Positions 49,275-63,333 of a DNA stretch of 64,000 bases are shown here, one piece after another. The position numbers and the translations under genes are program-made. The stretch comes from Octopus sinensis (taxonomy: Eukaryota). The stretch's first letter is position 1, and every line of letters begins with the position of its first letter. The notes under the pieces are model-generated. The model was given only the letters and a program-made list of their open reading frames with translations. It was not told where the DNA came from and made no database searches. The DNA is taken from positions 74,648,001 to 74,712,000 of the forward strand of contig NC_043002.1 in NCBI RefSeq assembly GCF_006345805.1. The letters are read 5' to 3'.

Positions 49275-51075
49275 GTAAGTTAATGATAAGGAGTTGATTA
49301 TACTGGTTATATTTTATTAAATATACGATCTTTTTCATCAACCTATCGCTTAAGATTAATTAAATTACCTGTTTGTCGAAAATATATTAGCACCATAGCA
49401 CCTTGTTGTTATATTAAAGATAAAATTGAGTTAGCAGTAAATAATATTATAAAATTATTAAAATTTTAATTGTTATAATTTTATCTTGATGATGATGATT
49501 TATATAATTTATGATAAAACAGTGGGGTATTATAAAATTACCCCACTGCGTCTAAGTTTTAAGCATTCTCTTGCAAACTAGTGAAGGATCCTCTACAGCA
49601 ACATGCTAAAAATAACAGCCAAATTTGCCATAAATCATACCCAACTGTCTAAAAAGAAGAGAGGATACATTGGATAATGTGGTGCTGGATATGCTGAAAA
49701 TAAGATGAGATAATCACACCTAGAATGTCTTTCACCATATGTTCATTCAGTCATTGCTGACCTGAGACTATAGAACAAATGAATTGTTTTTTAGCAGTGT
49801 TCTTAGAAATAACAGCCAAATACCCCTCAGATCTCCCCCTACTATTTTCAAAAAGGGGAATTACACATGACCCCTTAAAAGATGGTTTTGTCATAGTTGG
49901 AATACCTCTAGTCATTAGTGCACTTGATCAAGATTGAACCCATTGGTAAAATAACTTCATCTTTTATTTTAAAACTTCTACACTGTCTCTATATAAGCTG
50001 CATGCATGTGTGTGTGTGTGTGTATCCTGAACTATAGGAATATTTCACAAGATAGATAATTAATTTAGATGTTTTACATAACTCATTTAATTATGTGTCT
50101 TTAGAACTGTTCTTTTACACTGTTTACCACAAAATTGTATGGTGTAGGTACTACATCTAAGGTAAGCAGAGTAATCTTCCTTGATCACAAGTGCTTAAAA
50201 GCTGCAGACTTTTAAGCTGGCTCTTGTGGAGGGCTAATTGGGCCTGTGGCCCAAAACTCAAGAGAGCAGTAATAATACAGCATTTATTGGTACCCTACCA
50301 ATATGGCATTACCCTACAAATATAGTATTACTTTAAATTCAATTTAAATGAAAAACTTCTAAGTTCACAAATTTTGGGAGTTCTTTTACAATCTGAATTT
50401 TCAACTGTTAGCATATAACAAATCCTCATCCAGAGCTGATCCCAACATTGGATGTTTAAGAACCAAATGAAAGGCTCATTTTCAATCCTGGGATCATCCT
50501 AATTTCAAAAAGGTATGTCTATGTATAGTAAATGTAGACTGAGACACAGGAGTCCTGGACAGACAGAATTTTGCATTTTTTATTATATAGTCAGGATGCC
50601 TATGAGTCTTTACAGGGTCTCTGAGACTGGTGGGAAAGAGCGAGAGAGAGAGAGAGAGAAAGATATCTCAAGTATTCTGATTGGAGACCAAGCATTCTGA
50701 CTGAAGACCTGGTCTGAATGCTTACAATAGAGTGAATTCTGTTGAAGATATCCAAGATTCTGTTCAAATAGATGATAGATCAAATCTGCCGTCTCTTGTG
50801 ACATTCTTAAAAATAGCAGTCAAATCTTCCTCAAATCTCACCCCGTCGTCTTAAAAACAGAAAGGATGCATTAGGTATGGTTGTTGTAGATATATGCAAA
50901 AAGAGAGATATTATTGGAACATCTGATCATAGGTTCATTTGATCAAGGTTAATTTTGCAGTAAACAATTTCATTTCTTGTTTAAGAGGCAGGATTGAACT
51001 CAGGCTGGTGCTTGGTTTTTAACTTACCATCACAACCTGAATGATTATCAAGAGCTTATGTAACCCATTCTTTAA

Positions 51076-51079
<4 letters not shown>

Positions 51080-51155
<76 letters not shown>
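51080..51155. repeat. (CT)n(AT)n microsatellite about 70 nt upstream of exon G
   Basis: Seen directly in the sequence. Confidence 0.95.
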
Positions 51156-51161
<6 letters not shown>

Positions 51162-51227
51162 CTTTATTGTTTTCATATATACTTTAACGACTCTAACACT
51201 TATTTTATATCTTATTTACCAAAACAG

Positions 51228-51353
51228 TTTGGTAAGCCAAAAGCCATTTGATGGTGCCCATGGGAATTTAAAACGTCTATTGGAGAAAAATCTTAAAAGA
51301 TTCACTGAATTATCTCAAAAATCTCCCCGTGATCTCCCACCTGAACAACAGAG
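51228..51353 (+). CDS. SMG5: SMG5 coding exon G (126 nt)
   Basis: aacAG acceptor and gag|GTaagt donor. Encodes LVSQKPFDGAHGNLKRLLEKNLKRFTELSQKSPRDLPPEQQR (F.GA.GNLKRL motif). Confidence 0.94.
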
Positions 51354-52336
51354 GTAAGTAAGAAATTTGTTTTCTGGAACAGAACTGTTCAATCAACCTG
51401 AGATACTTAATTTTATGTTTAACTGAGAGAATATTTAATATCAGAAGAGTCAAGTCTGTTCTTGTATAATCATTTCCCTTTAGAAACTGTCAACCTTGGT
51501 GATACAAGCACTTATTTCCTACAGGAATAAAGTTTGGAACTGTGTATGTGTATTAATGATAGCAAGACAAAATTAGCCAGAAGTAATAGAGGTATTTTTA
51601 TATAGTGCTATACAATGTCTTTGAGTTTCCTTAGGAAAATTTAGATGTTTTATCTTTGTATATAAATAAATAAACCTTAATTTCTCTTGACTAATTTTTC
51701 TTTGTATCATTAATAGCATACTATCTTGTACACTGTCAAGAACTTTTATATCCCTGCACATATATATATGTGTGTGTGTGTTCTTTAATTAAGACACTCG
51801 TTCATAATGCAGTTTGTAAAATGTTAGAAAGCTCAGTAAATATTTATTTCATTAACTTAAATAACAGGTGCTATTCTGGCACCTGTTATCTGAGTTATTC
51901 ACTTTGTAACCACGTGGTTTTGAGGTCTATCTCATTGTGGGACACCTTGGGAATGTGTCTTTTACTATAACCTTAGGTCATCCAATTCCTTGTGATTGGC
52001 ATTGATTGACTGAAACTGTAGGGAAGTTTGTCTTATGTGCTCATGTCTGTTTAATGACTTGACATCTCACAGCTTTTCTTGCTACTGTGTCAGTGAAATG
52101 ATGATATGATGTTTACATTTGATGGTGACATTATAACTAGTTACTCTACACTCTTTCAAAGACATGTAAAATGAAAAAAAAAATCCTTTAATTTGAAGAT
52201 ATGTAAGGATTGGTGACAGGTATGGGATCTAGTTGTAAAATGCTTCCCCAAATAAAGTCCTGTCCAATCCATTCTAGCATGGTAAAACAAACAGTCATTA
52301 AACAAATGTTGTATCAATCTTGAATATTTACTTTAA

Positions 52337-52786
52337 TCCTTTAGCATTCAGATTACTCACTCAAATGTAATGCTTAATTATTCACATCATTTTAAATTAA
52401 TCATGCATTTTATTTCATAGCTTTGAGATTTCGATGATGTGAGTGTTTGATTGTAAAAGGACATTGCAGGGTGGGTATGAAATGTCAGACCTGGCCAGTT
52501 TGAACATAAAACAGGTTGAATGTTCTGGTTGGATAGGCCCAGTTTAAATGATAAAGGGTTAAGGGTTAACCCTTTAGCATTTAAATTGGTCATGTCTGGC
52601 CAAAAATATTCTTCAGGTTTTATGTTCAAACCAACCAGACCTGACCTCTCACACCTACCCTACAATGTCATTCTAAAAATAAACAATCACACCATTGAAA
52701 TTTCAAAGCTATGTGATAATGCATGCTTAAATCAAAACTATGAATAAATAAATCTTACATTTAACAGTGATTTAAATGTTAAAGGA
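52337..52786. mobile_element. Two M2 MITEs back to back (52337-52558 reverse, 52570-52786 forward)
   Basis: Junction aaaggg-TTAA-ggg-TTAA-ccctttag; outer TTAA at 52333 and 52787. Confidence 0.9.
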
Positions 52787-54794
52787 TTAATTTAGTGTGC
52801 ATTTGTTTGTAAATAGTTCCTCGGTTTATAAGAATGCTTTTTTTATTCTCTGTATTGTTAACATTGGCACTAGAAATATTTAAATCTGGTTTTACAACAG
52901 TCATTCTGTCTTATTTACATTTTAAAAGAAATTTTCTATTAAGAAACAAGATGACATATTGCTTGGTATTTTTACTTCTATATATATAATTTTTGATTCA
53001 GTAATCATTTTCCAAAAACAAATTTTCTTTCTTTTACCTAAAGGTATTTTGGTTTATTAAATACAAGTTTCTTATCAATAATTAATTATTATTAAAAAAA
53101 ATTAATGTTGTAGATGTTAGTTAAGTATTAAAATAGAGAAAATGTGGTATTGTATATTACTAAAATAATTTCTGTCTGATAATACTTCAACACCCTGGCA
53201 TGTGTTGGATATCACACAAATAATAGAAAATCAAAGTTGATACTTTACAGTATTTTGTTTGGTTTCCAAGCTTTGTGGTGTAAATCTTGCTAGGCTTGAC
53301 TATTCTATCCATTTCTGCCCTCTTGGGTCAGTAGAGTAAATCTTTTTCTTGAGACATAATCTACAGATGTGGAGGTATAGGGTGTATCTGAAAGTAAATA
53401 TTATTATCACAGTAACAATTCATCGTCATCATCATTTAATGTCTGCTTTCCATGCTGGCATAGTTTGGTCGGTTTGACAGGAGCTGGCTAGGCAAAAGAC
53501 TGCACTAGGCTTCACTGTCTGTTTTAGCATAATTTTTACAGCTGGATGCCTTTCTTAACACCAACCACCCCACAAAGTGGACTGAATGCTTTTTATATGG
53601 CACAAGTGAGGTCAGTTTTGGCATGGCTTTTTGCAGCTGGAAGCCCTTTCAAATACCAACTACTTTGCAGTGTGGACTGGATGCTTTTTACACTGGCAGG
53701 GTCACCAAGTAACTTGTAAGAGAAGATCCATTGAGAGGGGAGAGAGCATTGGCAGAGGTGATCTTGGGTCAGGTGATGAATGGTTAGATTGTGACAGAGA
53801 GACAGAAACAGTTGTCTTGCTGTAGAGGAGATACATGATTACCCGGTCAGAGAGAGAAAGATAGTGTTCAAGATTGAGCACAGAAACAGGTGTATTGCTG
53901 AGGAGGAGATACATGGTTAACTAGTCAGAGGGAGAGAGAAAGAGAGAGAGTAGAAGAGTGCAAGAGAAAGCAGGAGAGAGATGGTTGCAATGTGTTGGCG
54001 CATACTCCTGGAATGGGGATTAGAATATAAATGGGATAGTAGAGTAGATCAAGAGAGAGATATATGGTGGTGAAGTGCCAGGGCATACTCTCAGGGTACA
54101 GGAGTCAGTATAATCTACTTATTTATACATTTATCTCAGGCTGGATCACCTTATGTGAAAGCCATCTTTGGACTTTGTAAAATAAGTACCAGTTGTATAT
54201 TGGATCGAGTCAGTTGTCTCAGCCCATTTCCTCTTTTTGATTGATCAGATTTGTAGTCAGTAATTCTGGTACTAGATTCCAGAATATTAATTATTTTAAT
54301 ACAAATTTTTATTTAACTCTTATGTTACCATATTTCTGTTGAAATTTACTACATTTGTTGCAGTTAATTTTTAAAATGATGAAAGCATCTAGCTCACTCG
54401 GTAAAGTGGTTGGCATTAAGAAGGGCATCCAGTTGTAGAAACGGTGCTACAACAGTCAGTTGGAGTCTGGGCAGCTCATACCAGCATGGAAAATGGACTT
54501 TAAATGATAAGCTGGTGGTTAGATTATAAATTTGTATGGAATTTTGATGGAAAGTTTAATTAAGATATCTTTAAAACAACAAGTTTGTATCATAGAACCT
54601 GTGGTGGTCTCTGGTGGGTTGATATTAAAAAGGTTAAGCCTTAAGTATTTGATTATAAAAGTACAATCAGTGCTTTAGAAAAGATAGAATTTCTTGATCC
54701 TCTATGTAAATCTGATATGATATTATTCCTTTGTCTATTCTGACTGACATAATTAGTTTTCAGTAAATTTTATAATTTCTTTCTTTCTTTACAG

Positions 54795-54866
54795 ACCACG
54801 AGACATCAAAAGATTCTTTGTCTACTTTCTTTATTTGTTGGATATCTTTTACAACAATTCTCGAAA
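54795..54866 (+). CDS. SMG5: SMG5 coding exon H (72 nt)
   Basis: tacAG acceptor and aaa|GTaagt donor. Encodes PRDIKRFFVYFLYLLDIFYNNSR(N), compare SMG5 KDIKRLLVNFMYL. Confidence 0.92.
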
Positions 54867-55506
54867 GTAAGTTCTGAATATTTTTCATATTGTTTACTAT
54901 TCATATTGTTATTAATTATAAATATACCAATCCAAGTTGGTAGATTGGTGGGAGTGTTAGTGTTGGACAGTCTGCCTTACCTTATCTGTTCCAGCACTAT
55001 GTGTTATGAAAATGATGTCTGATACAGTTCCAATGCCAAGCTGTATTGGCTCTTAATTTGGTGGGCTTCCCTTTAGGCAACTATGATGTTGTGGTGTAGA
55101 GAGGGAAAGATTTACATGCATGGTCATACTTTAATCTTTCAACATCTGGCATAAAGCTGCTTACCTCACTGTCATGTTCCCTCTCTGTTGAAGGGGTTCT
55201 TTAGTGAGTTGCATGATGACCTCAGTACACTCTGCAAAGTGTTTTAGGAAGGGCATGCAGCCATTGAAACATGCTAAAGTAGATTTTGGAGCATTGACAC
55301 AATCGTCTGACCCCTGTCAGCTCTTGTTGAATCACACATCCGATGCCAACATGGAAGATGGATGTTAAATGGGGAACATTTAACATCACAAACAATTAAC
55401 TAAAAAGGGAGAAAAAATTTGTTCAGGCTTACACATGCAAGTGAAATTACATGTTTAACCCTGACAGATGGAGGTCCTTGAATTTATCAAAATGGCTCAC
55501 TCTCTT

Positions 55507-55943
55507 TACTCCTTTACTTGTTTCAGTCATTTGACTGTGGCCATGCTGGAGCACCGCCTTTAGTCGAATAAATTGATCCCAGGACTTATTCTTTGTAAGC
55601 CTAGTACTTATTCTATCGGTCTCTTTTGCCGAACTGCTAAGTTACAGGGATGTAACACACCAGCATAGGTTGTCAAGTGATACTGGGGGGGATAAGGAAA
55701 TGCACACATATACAGACAAACACTGACACACAAACGTGTATACACACACACACACACACATATGTATATATACAAATATATGATGGGCTTCTTTCAGTTT
55801 CTGTCTACCAAATCCACTCACATGGCTTTGGTCGGCCTGAGGCTATAGTAGAAGACACTTGCCCAAGGTGCCACGCAGTGGGACCGAACCTGGAACCATG
55901 TGGTTGGTAAGCAAGCTACTTACCACACAGCTACTCCTACGCC
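55507..55943 (-). mobile_element. SINE family A, full length
   Basis: Reverse complement of family A, ending ...ctactcctacgcc. Confidence 0.92.
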
Positions 55944-56356
55944 TTATGAAAATAATTGAGATAATTAAATACCAGTCTGGATTAGATGGCTTGTATTGTT
56001 TGCTTCACTGCCCTCTAAGTGTTAATCTTACTAGGAATGATCTCTGCCTCTCATCATATTATAAAGTTATTAAGTGCAGGCTGAAGGTGTTTGAGTATAC
56101 TTATTATTCATTGTGTTCTACCTTTTTTAAGATGGTAGGGTGTAGATTAAGGGATATTTAGTTGCTAATTCTAGCAGGTCAAGTGACCACATAGAATCTC
56201 CTTCGTTAGTTCATCCTAACATCATTTCTTACATGTGTTGGAGACATTCTAAATATTGGGAGAAATGCTCCTTTATAAACCAACATCTTCCTCTGCTTCT
56301 TTCATTGATATACTACAATGTTATTTGAATTTGTTTACACTCTGTTACTTATTTAA

Positions 56357-56576
56357 CCCTTTCGTTACCAACCCGGTTGAAACCGGCTCTGGCTCTGTAG
56401 TACAAATGTCTTGTTTTCATAAGTTTTGAATTAAAATCTTCCACGAAACCTTAGTCATAATTTATGTTCCTAACATTAGCTTATTGATAACTAAGTTATT
56501 TTACTAAATTCTTTGTTATATTTAAAATAATTGAAAAAACACAGAGCATCTCAAAATAAATACGGTAATGAAAGGG
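56357..56576. mobile_element. MITE M1, intact 220 bp
   Basis: TTAA TSDs; TIR ccctttcgttacc / ggtaatgaaaggg (12/13). Degenerate copies at about 54315-54635 and about 1260-1440. Confidence 0.9.
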
Positions 56577-57964
56577 TTAAGCATCTTCGTGTACTATGTT
56601 AGTAGGTATTGACTATCCCGCATGCAACTTGGTATGTTATTAGGCTAGTCATTCTATAACCAGAAGATGCTAGATATTTTGGCCATTATCTTTTCTCTCC
56701 ATCTTCCCTGGCTTCTTGCTTTCAGTTTTCCAGTTGTCACCAATTGCTCAAGGCTTCTCATAATGTGTAATGAACTTAGCCTGTTGACTTCTTATATTTA
56801 GATGTTTTCTGATAGTTGCTCCTCAATTAAGGATTTCAACATTGCTAAATGATGATGATGATCCCCTTTATTATCACAACGATATAGCATCAAATATTGC
56901 CATTGTGGCCTCTGTTTGCTACATTTTAACATTACACCTGCTATAACTAGCATCTGTCTGTTAAATTTTACTTATAAGGCTATGGTGGAAAAACACTTTC
57001 CCCAGGGTTCTGCACAGCAAGATTAGGCCTGGAAGCATGTTGTTGCAAAATGAACTTCTTACCCACTCAGCTATTTGTTTGCCCATAATTTTTTGTATGG
57101 TTAATAGGTTTCTTTTCCAAATATATGGTTTTTGGGTTCAGTCCTTTTGCATTCCACTTTAGGCAAGTGTCTTTTACTAGAGTTCCAAGCTGACCAAAGC
57201 CTTGTGAATGGATTTGGTAGATGAAAACTGAAAGAAACCTGTTGTGTGTGTGTGTGTGTGTGGGGGGGGGTGATGTATGCACAGGCATGGCTGTATGTCC
57301 AAGAAGTTTGTTTCTCAACCATATGGTTTGGGGTTCAGTCCCACTACATGGCACCTTGAGCAAATGTCTTCTGTCATAGCCCTAGACCAACCAAAGCCTT
57401 GTGAGTGCATGTGGTTGAGGGAAACTGAAAGAAGCCCATTGTATATGTGTGCATTTCCTGTTCACATGTATTTCCTTGTTCACCTGTGTTGGTTTGCTGA
57501 TTGTAAACGGTGGCTTCACTTGTGTGTCATTTAGCCGTAGTTCAACACAAAAACATGTCTGGGCCTCTTGACATGTTGTATGATCTTTGTAAACAAAAGG
57601 ATTGTTCATCCAGTGTTATTTGTTTCCAGTTCTCCACATAAACATTTCTGGGCTGTTTATTACTTCATTTGGAAACAAGTGTAGGTCGGCAAAGGGAAAG
57701 GCACCCAGTTGGAGAAAAGTTTCCTAGCACCCTCTTGTTTGACTCATGCAAGCATGGAAAAGTAGACATGATGATATGTATACATGTGTGTATGTATCTT
57801 TGTATGTATATATGTGTGTGTGTGTGTGTGTGTGTGCATGTGTTTGTGTATATTTGCATTTCTCTCAAAGCTATTTGCACTTGTCTCAAAGCTAGTCCCT
57901 AGTTAAGCCTTTCAACATGTGTGGAATAAAAGATCCTTTTCTTGAAAAACAAAGTAATTGGATG

Positions 57965-58169
57965 GGTGCTGTAAAGTTCCTGGCTTTAAGGGTATCACAA
58001 AAGGCCTTGTTGGAGGCCCAACCTTTTGAGTTCTTTAACAGGGCTTAGGAAAACTGAAGGACTGCTGCAATAAGTGTCTGAATCTGAGAGGGGAATATGT
58101 TGAATAAAATCATAATTAACTGATCTTCTTGTATTTTCTTTTACCCAAAGCCAGGAACTTTTCAGCACC
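57965..58169. mobile_element. Mariner-type MITE
   Basis: TIRs ggtgctgtaaagttcctggcttt / aaagccaggaacttttcagcacc (22/23). Confidence 0.82.
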
Positions 58170-59639
58170 TTCTTGTAATGTTTAGTGACAGGAAAGGTAT
58201 CTAGTTGTAAAACAATGTTTCAATAATATACTTGTCTAATCCATGCTAGCATGAAAAAATGGCCATAAAATGAATGTAGTGGTCATCTTACTCACCACCA
58301 TAACCCCCCACCACTGCCATCAGCAAACTCACCATTTTCATCACCATCACTACCTTCAGCATCTCACACCAGCATAGTCAACAGCTTCACTATAAGTCAA
58401 TAAGGCTGCCTCGACCTGGTTGCTTGACTTGCTAGAAATAGCAGCCAAATCACTTACAATCACACTTATACTGTCTTGAGGTATATCTGGGGCATTGTAA
58501 TCCCTGATATACAAAAAGATGTCATGTTCCTGGTTGGAGGGTCTTTACTCATAGGTCTGCTTGATAAAAGTTTAACTTGGAGCTAAACAATAAGAAAACA
58601 CCATCTTCAACACTGCCAACAGTTCCTTCACCATCATCTCAATCACCTTCATGATCACTATCAGCATCACCTTCATTAGCAAGGGGTCCTCTACATGATT
58701 GCTCAACATGTTAGAAATGGCATCCATCAAATTCCTGTTAAATCACAGCCTAGTATCTTAATACACTAAATAACAAAGTCCTACATATTCTAAAATGTGA
58801 TGGTCATAACTGGAATGCTTTTGATTGTATGTCTGCTTGATCAAGATTGACCTGGGGCTAAAGAACAGCTATAATGCCTCCCCTATCAGCACCTTTGCCC
58901 CCAATTTCTGGATCTTCGTCACCAGCATCAACATCATGACCAATGCTTCTACTGCTATTAATGCCAAAATCACCAGCCCCTGAAAACATCCATCTGTACA
59001 GCCACAACGTATCACCCTTATTTTACTAGCTCTCCTTTAACATGATTTCCATATCTGTTGTATCATGGATCTTAGATGTGATAGTCTAGCTAATAGGTTA
59101 CAGTGAAAAGTGTGTCTTGTTTGTGTGTGTGAGTTTGTGTGTTTGTGCACATGTGTGTATGAAGGTGTATTCACTTTTTTCCCCGCCACTCATCATTTTT
59201 ATATGTTAACATGTTATAGAATTTTCTAGTATCTACTTCTGTGGAGAGCCTACCATGCTTAACTACAAAGCCTTCACTGACCTCTCTTCTAATCTATGGA
59301 TATCACGTTTCTGGTTTTTTTGGTCAGTGCATATGGAAATAGTGCTAAAGGTTATCGTTTTTCTGTACAATCTTTACTGTTATATTTGTTTGGGTATTTA
59401 CTCCAGCCTCTCAAGTGATTATATGTTAGTTGAGTGGATGAATTCGTTGACTTCACTTACTGTGCTTTGATTTGTGAGGGTTTCTTTACTAAATAAATGT
59501 CGATGATGACGATGGTGATGATGGGTTAAGTTCAGTGACTCCACAAGGGCATGTAATTAAGACAACTTAAGTGGTTGTGGTAATGGTAGTGGTGGTAGGA
59601 TTGTCCCTGGGTAATGTTGTCACTATTGGTATTGTTATG

Positions 59640-60120
59640 TCTGTCATCACCACCATCATTGTCATCAGTGTCATTGTCAGTGTTATCTTTGTCATCATCA
59701 TCTGATCCTGAACACCTGCATATTATCATCATCATCTTCAACATGATCACAACCACCCTATCATCAAATCGTTGTAGTTATCATTTCAATTATCAGAACT
59801 TTTATCTTCATTAACATCACTTCATCATCATTACAATTACCATCACCACCATCATAAGCAGCATATCATTTTGATCATCATCATCATCAATACCTTAAGC
59901 AACATATCAATACAGTTATCATCTTTATCATCAACACCACATTATAATCATCATCATCATCAATCATCGTTACCACCATCACTTCTATTTTTAATCATTG
60001 CCACCACCACCACCACCACAAACTTGAACACCTACTATAATCAGCATTACCACTTTTAGCACCATCTTCAACATTATGGCCCTCACCTTCATCATCATCT
60101 CCACCATCTATATCCACCAG
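59640..60120. repeat. Degenerate (CAT/CAC)n low-complexity region (also 5150-5277 and 58285-58990)
   Basis: Seen directly; generates spurious poly-H/I/M/D ORFs. Confidence 0.85.
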
Positions 60121-61107
60121 TGTTATGGTGATGAAAAATGTAGAACTGTAGAGGTGAAAAATATATATAAAAAAAAAGAAAGATCAAAGAAAACTCAAGG
60201 AACTAGAAATGATTTAAGACTCCATAGAGTTTCATGGCTAAATTTCTCATTTTTTTTTTTTGTTTCCTTTTCCATACTTTTTTCTTTCTTTTCTCTCAAA
60301 GAATGGGTAAAAGGTTAAGATATTTTCTCCTGCTTCTAACCTACTTATTCCATAGCTTTCTGGCTTTTATTATTTATATATTTGGCTATTTCTTCTTAGA
60401 CAGATTCTTATATATATAATATAGAATTGGCAGAATCGATACACTGGAGAACAAAGTATCTTGCAGTATTTAGTATTCATATACCATAATATTCTGAGTT
60501 CAAATCTTGCCTTTTACCTTCCCATGAGTTGATAACAATAATTACTGGTATCAACAGAGGTTCATTTAGTCTGCTAATCTCTGCTACTAATCTCATAATA
60601 CTGTCTTAATGCTCTTTATAATGTGCTTGTTTAAGAAATTTTATTATAATGATGGTTAGGCATAAGTATGGTTGTATGTGACCAGAAAAGAACCAGGGTC
60701 CTAGAGGTGCAGTCATGGCCCTGTGGTTAAGAAATTAACTTCCCAACCGCATGGTTTCAGGTTCAGTTCCATTGTGTGGCACCTTGGGCAAATGTCTTTT
60801 ATTATAGCTTTGAGCTAACCAAAACCTTGTGAACAGCTTTGGTAGACGGAAACTGAAAGAAGCTTGTTGTGTATGTATATATCTATATGTATGCATCATC
60901 ATCATTTAATGTCCATGTTCTATGCTTACGTGTTGAATTTTTATAACAAGATCTAATAGGTAAAATCATAATGATCATTATGTATGTGTATATATGCCTG
61001 CATGATGTGTGTATACTTATGAGTAGGTCTGTATATATGCATGAGCACTTGAGTGCATATTTATATGTGTGTGTGCTTATGTGTGTGTGTGTGCTTAACT
61101 GTGTGTA

Positions 61108-61327
61108 CAGTAATCCCTCGACTATCATGGGTGTTACGTTCCAAAAACCCCCGTGATAGGTGAAAATCCATGAAGTAGAAACAGTACTATACTGTATATT
61201 ATTTTTACTTTTATAATTTGTATATATTTATTTTATTATAAATGCAAAACAATACCATAGAGGGATCTGACATAAGCTTAAATAATAAACCACAATAGGT
61301 GAACCATGATATGGTGAGGGATTACTG
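61108..61327. mobile_element. Tigger/pogo-like MITE
   Basis: TA TSDs; perfect 12-bp TIR cagtaatccctc / gagggattactg. Confidence 0.88.
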
Positions 61328-61448
61328 TATATACTTTTATATTTATATATGTATATTAGTGTATATGTATGTATGTGTGTGCGTGTATATATATATATAT
61401 GTATATACACACACACGCACAGACACACACACACACACACACACATAC

Positions 61449-62552
61449 AGGGTGCGTTGAATAAATTGTCATCTAAATTATGCAAAAATGAAAAGAACAC
61501 TGACATCTCATTTTAACAGATATATTTACCAAAATTACATAAAAATATCTTGAAATACTAAAGAGTAAATTTATTCAATAAAATCGCCATTGGCTTCAAC
61601 CGCAGCCTCCAGACGACTTCGGAATCTCCTGCAACTCTTCTGGACAATCTCCTTTTTTAAGTTGGTGAATGCTGCCATAATTCTTGCCTTCAGTTCATCT
61701 TTGGTTTTATAAGGAATTTTGTTGGTTTCTCACTTAACTGCATCCCACGCATAATAATCAAGGGTATTGCAGTCAGGAGAGTTAGTTGACCAGATGTTAG
61801 GGGTGATGTGGTTGCAGAAACTGTCTGACAGCCATGACTGGGTTCTCCTGCTTGTGTGGCATGGTGCAGAGTCCTGTTGCCAGACATAGGGTGTTCCAGC
61901 AGCCACCTTCTTGCCCCAGGGCAGCATTACCTCTTCCAGGCTCTTCATGTAGGCCTCCGTGTTGAGTCTGAGGCCGTGTGGGAAGATGAATGGAGGCATA
62001 ACTTTGCTGTTACTAGTAATCCACTCTCGGTACATATTTTGGGGTCACAGCAAGCCAGTGGTTGTTCTGTGTGTTCACCATCTGATCCTGGCAGAAATTT
62101 TTCTCATCTGAGAAAAACCAAAGCATGTTCAGTTGGAGGGGATGCTTGAGTTTGTTCAAAAGCTTCATAGCATGGTTTTTCCCTCTTGTCCTTGATGCCT
62201 TGGAATAAAATTTGGCCCTTTCTCATCTTGTATGTGGAATACCAAATGTCTTTGTACACTACCTGCCTGATAAAAAAACTCCGGCATATCCCTGGTGATG
62301 GACCTGATTGACTTGGATGGATCATTGTCAATTAAAGCCCTGATCTCACCAACAAATTCAGGAGTTCTTTTCTTATCAGAATGATCAAAGTGAGTTTTCC
62401 AAGCTGCCGTACCTTCATAATCACCATTAGACTCATCGAACTCTTTCCAAATCTTCTGCACTGTCCTCAGACACTCTGAAATGTTCAGACGCTCTGAAAT
62501 GACACCTGAACACTCTGAAATGTTCATATTGAAGCTTCCGGCTCCAATATGC
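61449..62552 (-). mobile_element. Tc1/mariner DD37D (maT-type) transposon, decayed; 5' end lost
   Basis: QQDSAPCH...SPDCNTLDY with 37 residues between the second and third D; TA|cagggtg terminus; frameshifted transposase. Confidence 0.9.
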
Positions 62553-62664
62553 ATTAGGAAGGGCATCCAGCTGTAGAAACTCTGCCAGATCAGATTGGAG
62601 CCTGGTGTGGTGATCTGGTTTGCCAGTCCTCAGTCAAAAGTCAAAAACGAACAATGTTGCCAAA

Positions 62665-62737
62665 CACTTAGTTACAGGGACGTAAATACCCCAACATTGG
62701 TTGTCAAGCGATAGTGGTGGGAAACACACACACACAC

Positions 62738-62789
<52 letters not shown>

Positions 62790-62805
62790 CACACATATCT
62801 ATCTA

Positions 62806-62839
<34 letters not shown>

Positions 62840-62877
62840 CATACACACACACACACATATATCTATCTATCTATCTA

Positions 62878-62923
<46 letters not shown>

Positions 62924-63109
62924 AACACACTCACACACATATACACATACACACTTCTTTCAGTTTCCATCTACCAAATCCACTCACAAGGCTTTGGTCA
63001 CCCCAAGGCTATAGCAGAAGACACTTGCCCAAGGTGCCACACTGCTGGACTGAACCCGGAACCATGTGGCTGGGAAGCAAGCTTCTTACCACACAGCCAT
63101 GCCTGCACC
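62665..63109 (-). mobile_element. SINE family A with an expanded (CA)/(TA)/(TCTA) microsatellite
   Basis: Head at 62955-63109; central microsatellite at about 62724-62952. Confidence 0.88.
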
Positions 63110-63164
63110 TATACACACACACTCATGGACACAGGAAACTATGCATGCTTGTTTGAGTGTATGT

Positions 63165-63221
<57 letters not shown>

Positions 63222-63333
63222 CATGCATACATACATACATATATATATATATCTCGATAGAGGGAGAGAGATACATATGTTTATGTAATATGATAGTTTA
63301 TCTTTTTTTCTTGTTAATTTTTTTTTTCTGTAG

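Noticed and set aside
49520-49548. 10-bp perfect hairpin cagtggggta/taccccactg
   Set aside because: Too short to assign; possibly a collapsed MITE.
62701-63333. His/Thr/Ile/Tyr-rich ORFs, including the N-terminal part of the 282-aa ORF
   Set aside because: Microsatellite and SINE sequence; only 63334-63557 is a real exon.
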